Positions 55,631 through 56,286 of a stretch of DNA of 56,286 nt are shown here, piece by piece. Position 1 is the stretch's first letter, and every line of letters begins with the position of its first letter. Source of the DNA: a virus. Lineage: Duplodnaviria; Caudoviricetes. The position numbers were made by a program, and so were the translations under genes. The DNA lies in the IMG/VR virus record IMGVR_UViG_3300047548_001281, positions 1 through 56,286 of that record. One strand, 5' to 3'. The notes under the pieces were generated by a model. The model saw nothing but the letters and a program-made list of their open reading frames with translations, searched no databases and was not told the DNA's origin.

Positions 55631-56286
55631 CTAGTTTTTTGATGATTCTTCAACTGATTGTTGCATAGCTTTTTTTATGTTTTCGTTACCTATTACTACT
55701 TGTTTATTAGTATCGTTCATGGCAAGTTTTGCAAATGGAGTTTTATTTTCTCCTGAAATGATACTATCCCACCAACTGGTATCTACACCTATATGTTTCA
55801 TATATTGAGCTAGACGATTAATATCAAGTAGTCGTTTTTTGTAGAATTTTACGTTATGGAAATCTTCAGGATTTTTGGGATTACCCTCAAAATATTCTCT
55901 TTCTGTGTATGTAGAGTCCTTGTTGTTACCTGTCAAGTCTGCCCTATCGTGTGTGACATATACAGGGATACGCTGAAATATATCTAATAAATAAGCCATC
56001 TGACTTATTTCAGCGTCATTTAGTTGGTGCCTGCTAAATCTGCCTAATATCTGTACCCAAGCTTTTGGTACTATAGGAAAAATACTGTAGGGATGTTCGT
56101 TATGTGCGATTACTGATAGCACTTTGAATTGTCCATTATATTTTGTTATTTGTTTATCCCATCCTTCTGTTTCCATTATAGCATCATCAGTCCAAAAGAA
56201 TAACCAATCAGCCTGAGCCATATTACCCATTATATTATAATAACGATTTAACCTTTGATATCCAAATCGTTCTGTGATTAGAACTG
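55631..56286 (-). CDS. probable GT-A glycosyltransferase, 5' truncated by the window edge
   Basis: WLFFWTDDA (DXD-like), FPIVP; frame stays open to the window end. Confidence 0.55.
   Translation of the reverse strand, partial: VLITERFGYQRLNRYYNIMGNMAQADWLFFWTDDAIMETEGWDKQITKYNGQFKVLSVIAHNEHPYSIFPIVPKAWVQILGRFSRHQLNDAEISQMAYLLDIFQRIPVYVTHDRADLTGNNKDSTYTEREYFEGNPKNPEDFHNVKFYKKRLLDINRLAQYMKHIGVDTSWWDSIISGENKTPFAKLAMNDTNKQVVIGNENIKKAMQQSVEESSKN

Noticed and set aside
1-56286. Genome-wide stop-codon reassignment (genetic code 15 or 4)
   Set aside because: Long genes are open in code 11 with high coding density, and TAG, TGA and TAA all serve as apparent stops. Only local TAG readthrough remains possible.

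Overview
A 56 kb segment of a large, AT-rich, T4-related (jumbo-type) tailed phage genome, mostly coded on the minus strand. Core genes: UvsY, UvsX, gp32-like SSB, terminase large subunit, a gp9/10-like virion protein, a spanin pair, ThyA and DHFR. Accessory content: arrays of tiny paralogous early genes joined by reused SD/stop/start junctions and repeated sigma70 promoters, four free-standing homing endonucleases, a MoxR-like ATPase/vWA pair with NadE, a split RNA-repair trio, sugar-modification enzymes, an autotransporter, an FG-GAP lipoprotein, a plus-strand LuxR/collagen/C1-peptidase island, prkA-yeaH-spoVR and an amidinotransferase. RNA genes: a circularly permuted tmRNA and a tRNA whose best fold gives anticodon CUA. 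The most notable observations are: (1) the candidate amber-suppressor tRNA together with an in-frame TAG at codon 4 of a gene and of its displaced duplicate; (2) a covarying structured leader plus RBS-hiding hairpin shared by two unrelated endonuclease genes; (3) a 963-aa cassette-like protein punctuated by putative prohead-protease sites. All calls are from reading motifs by eye; no database searches were run.
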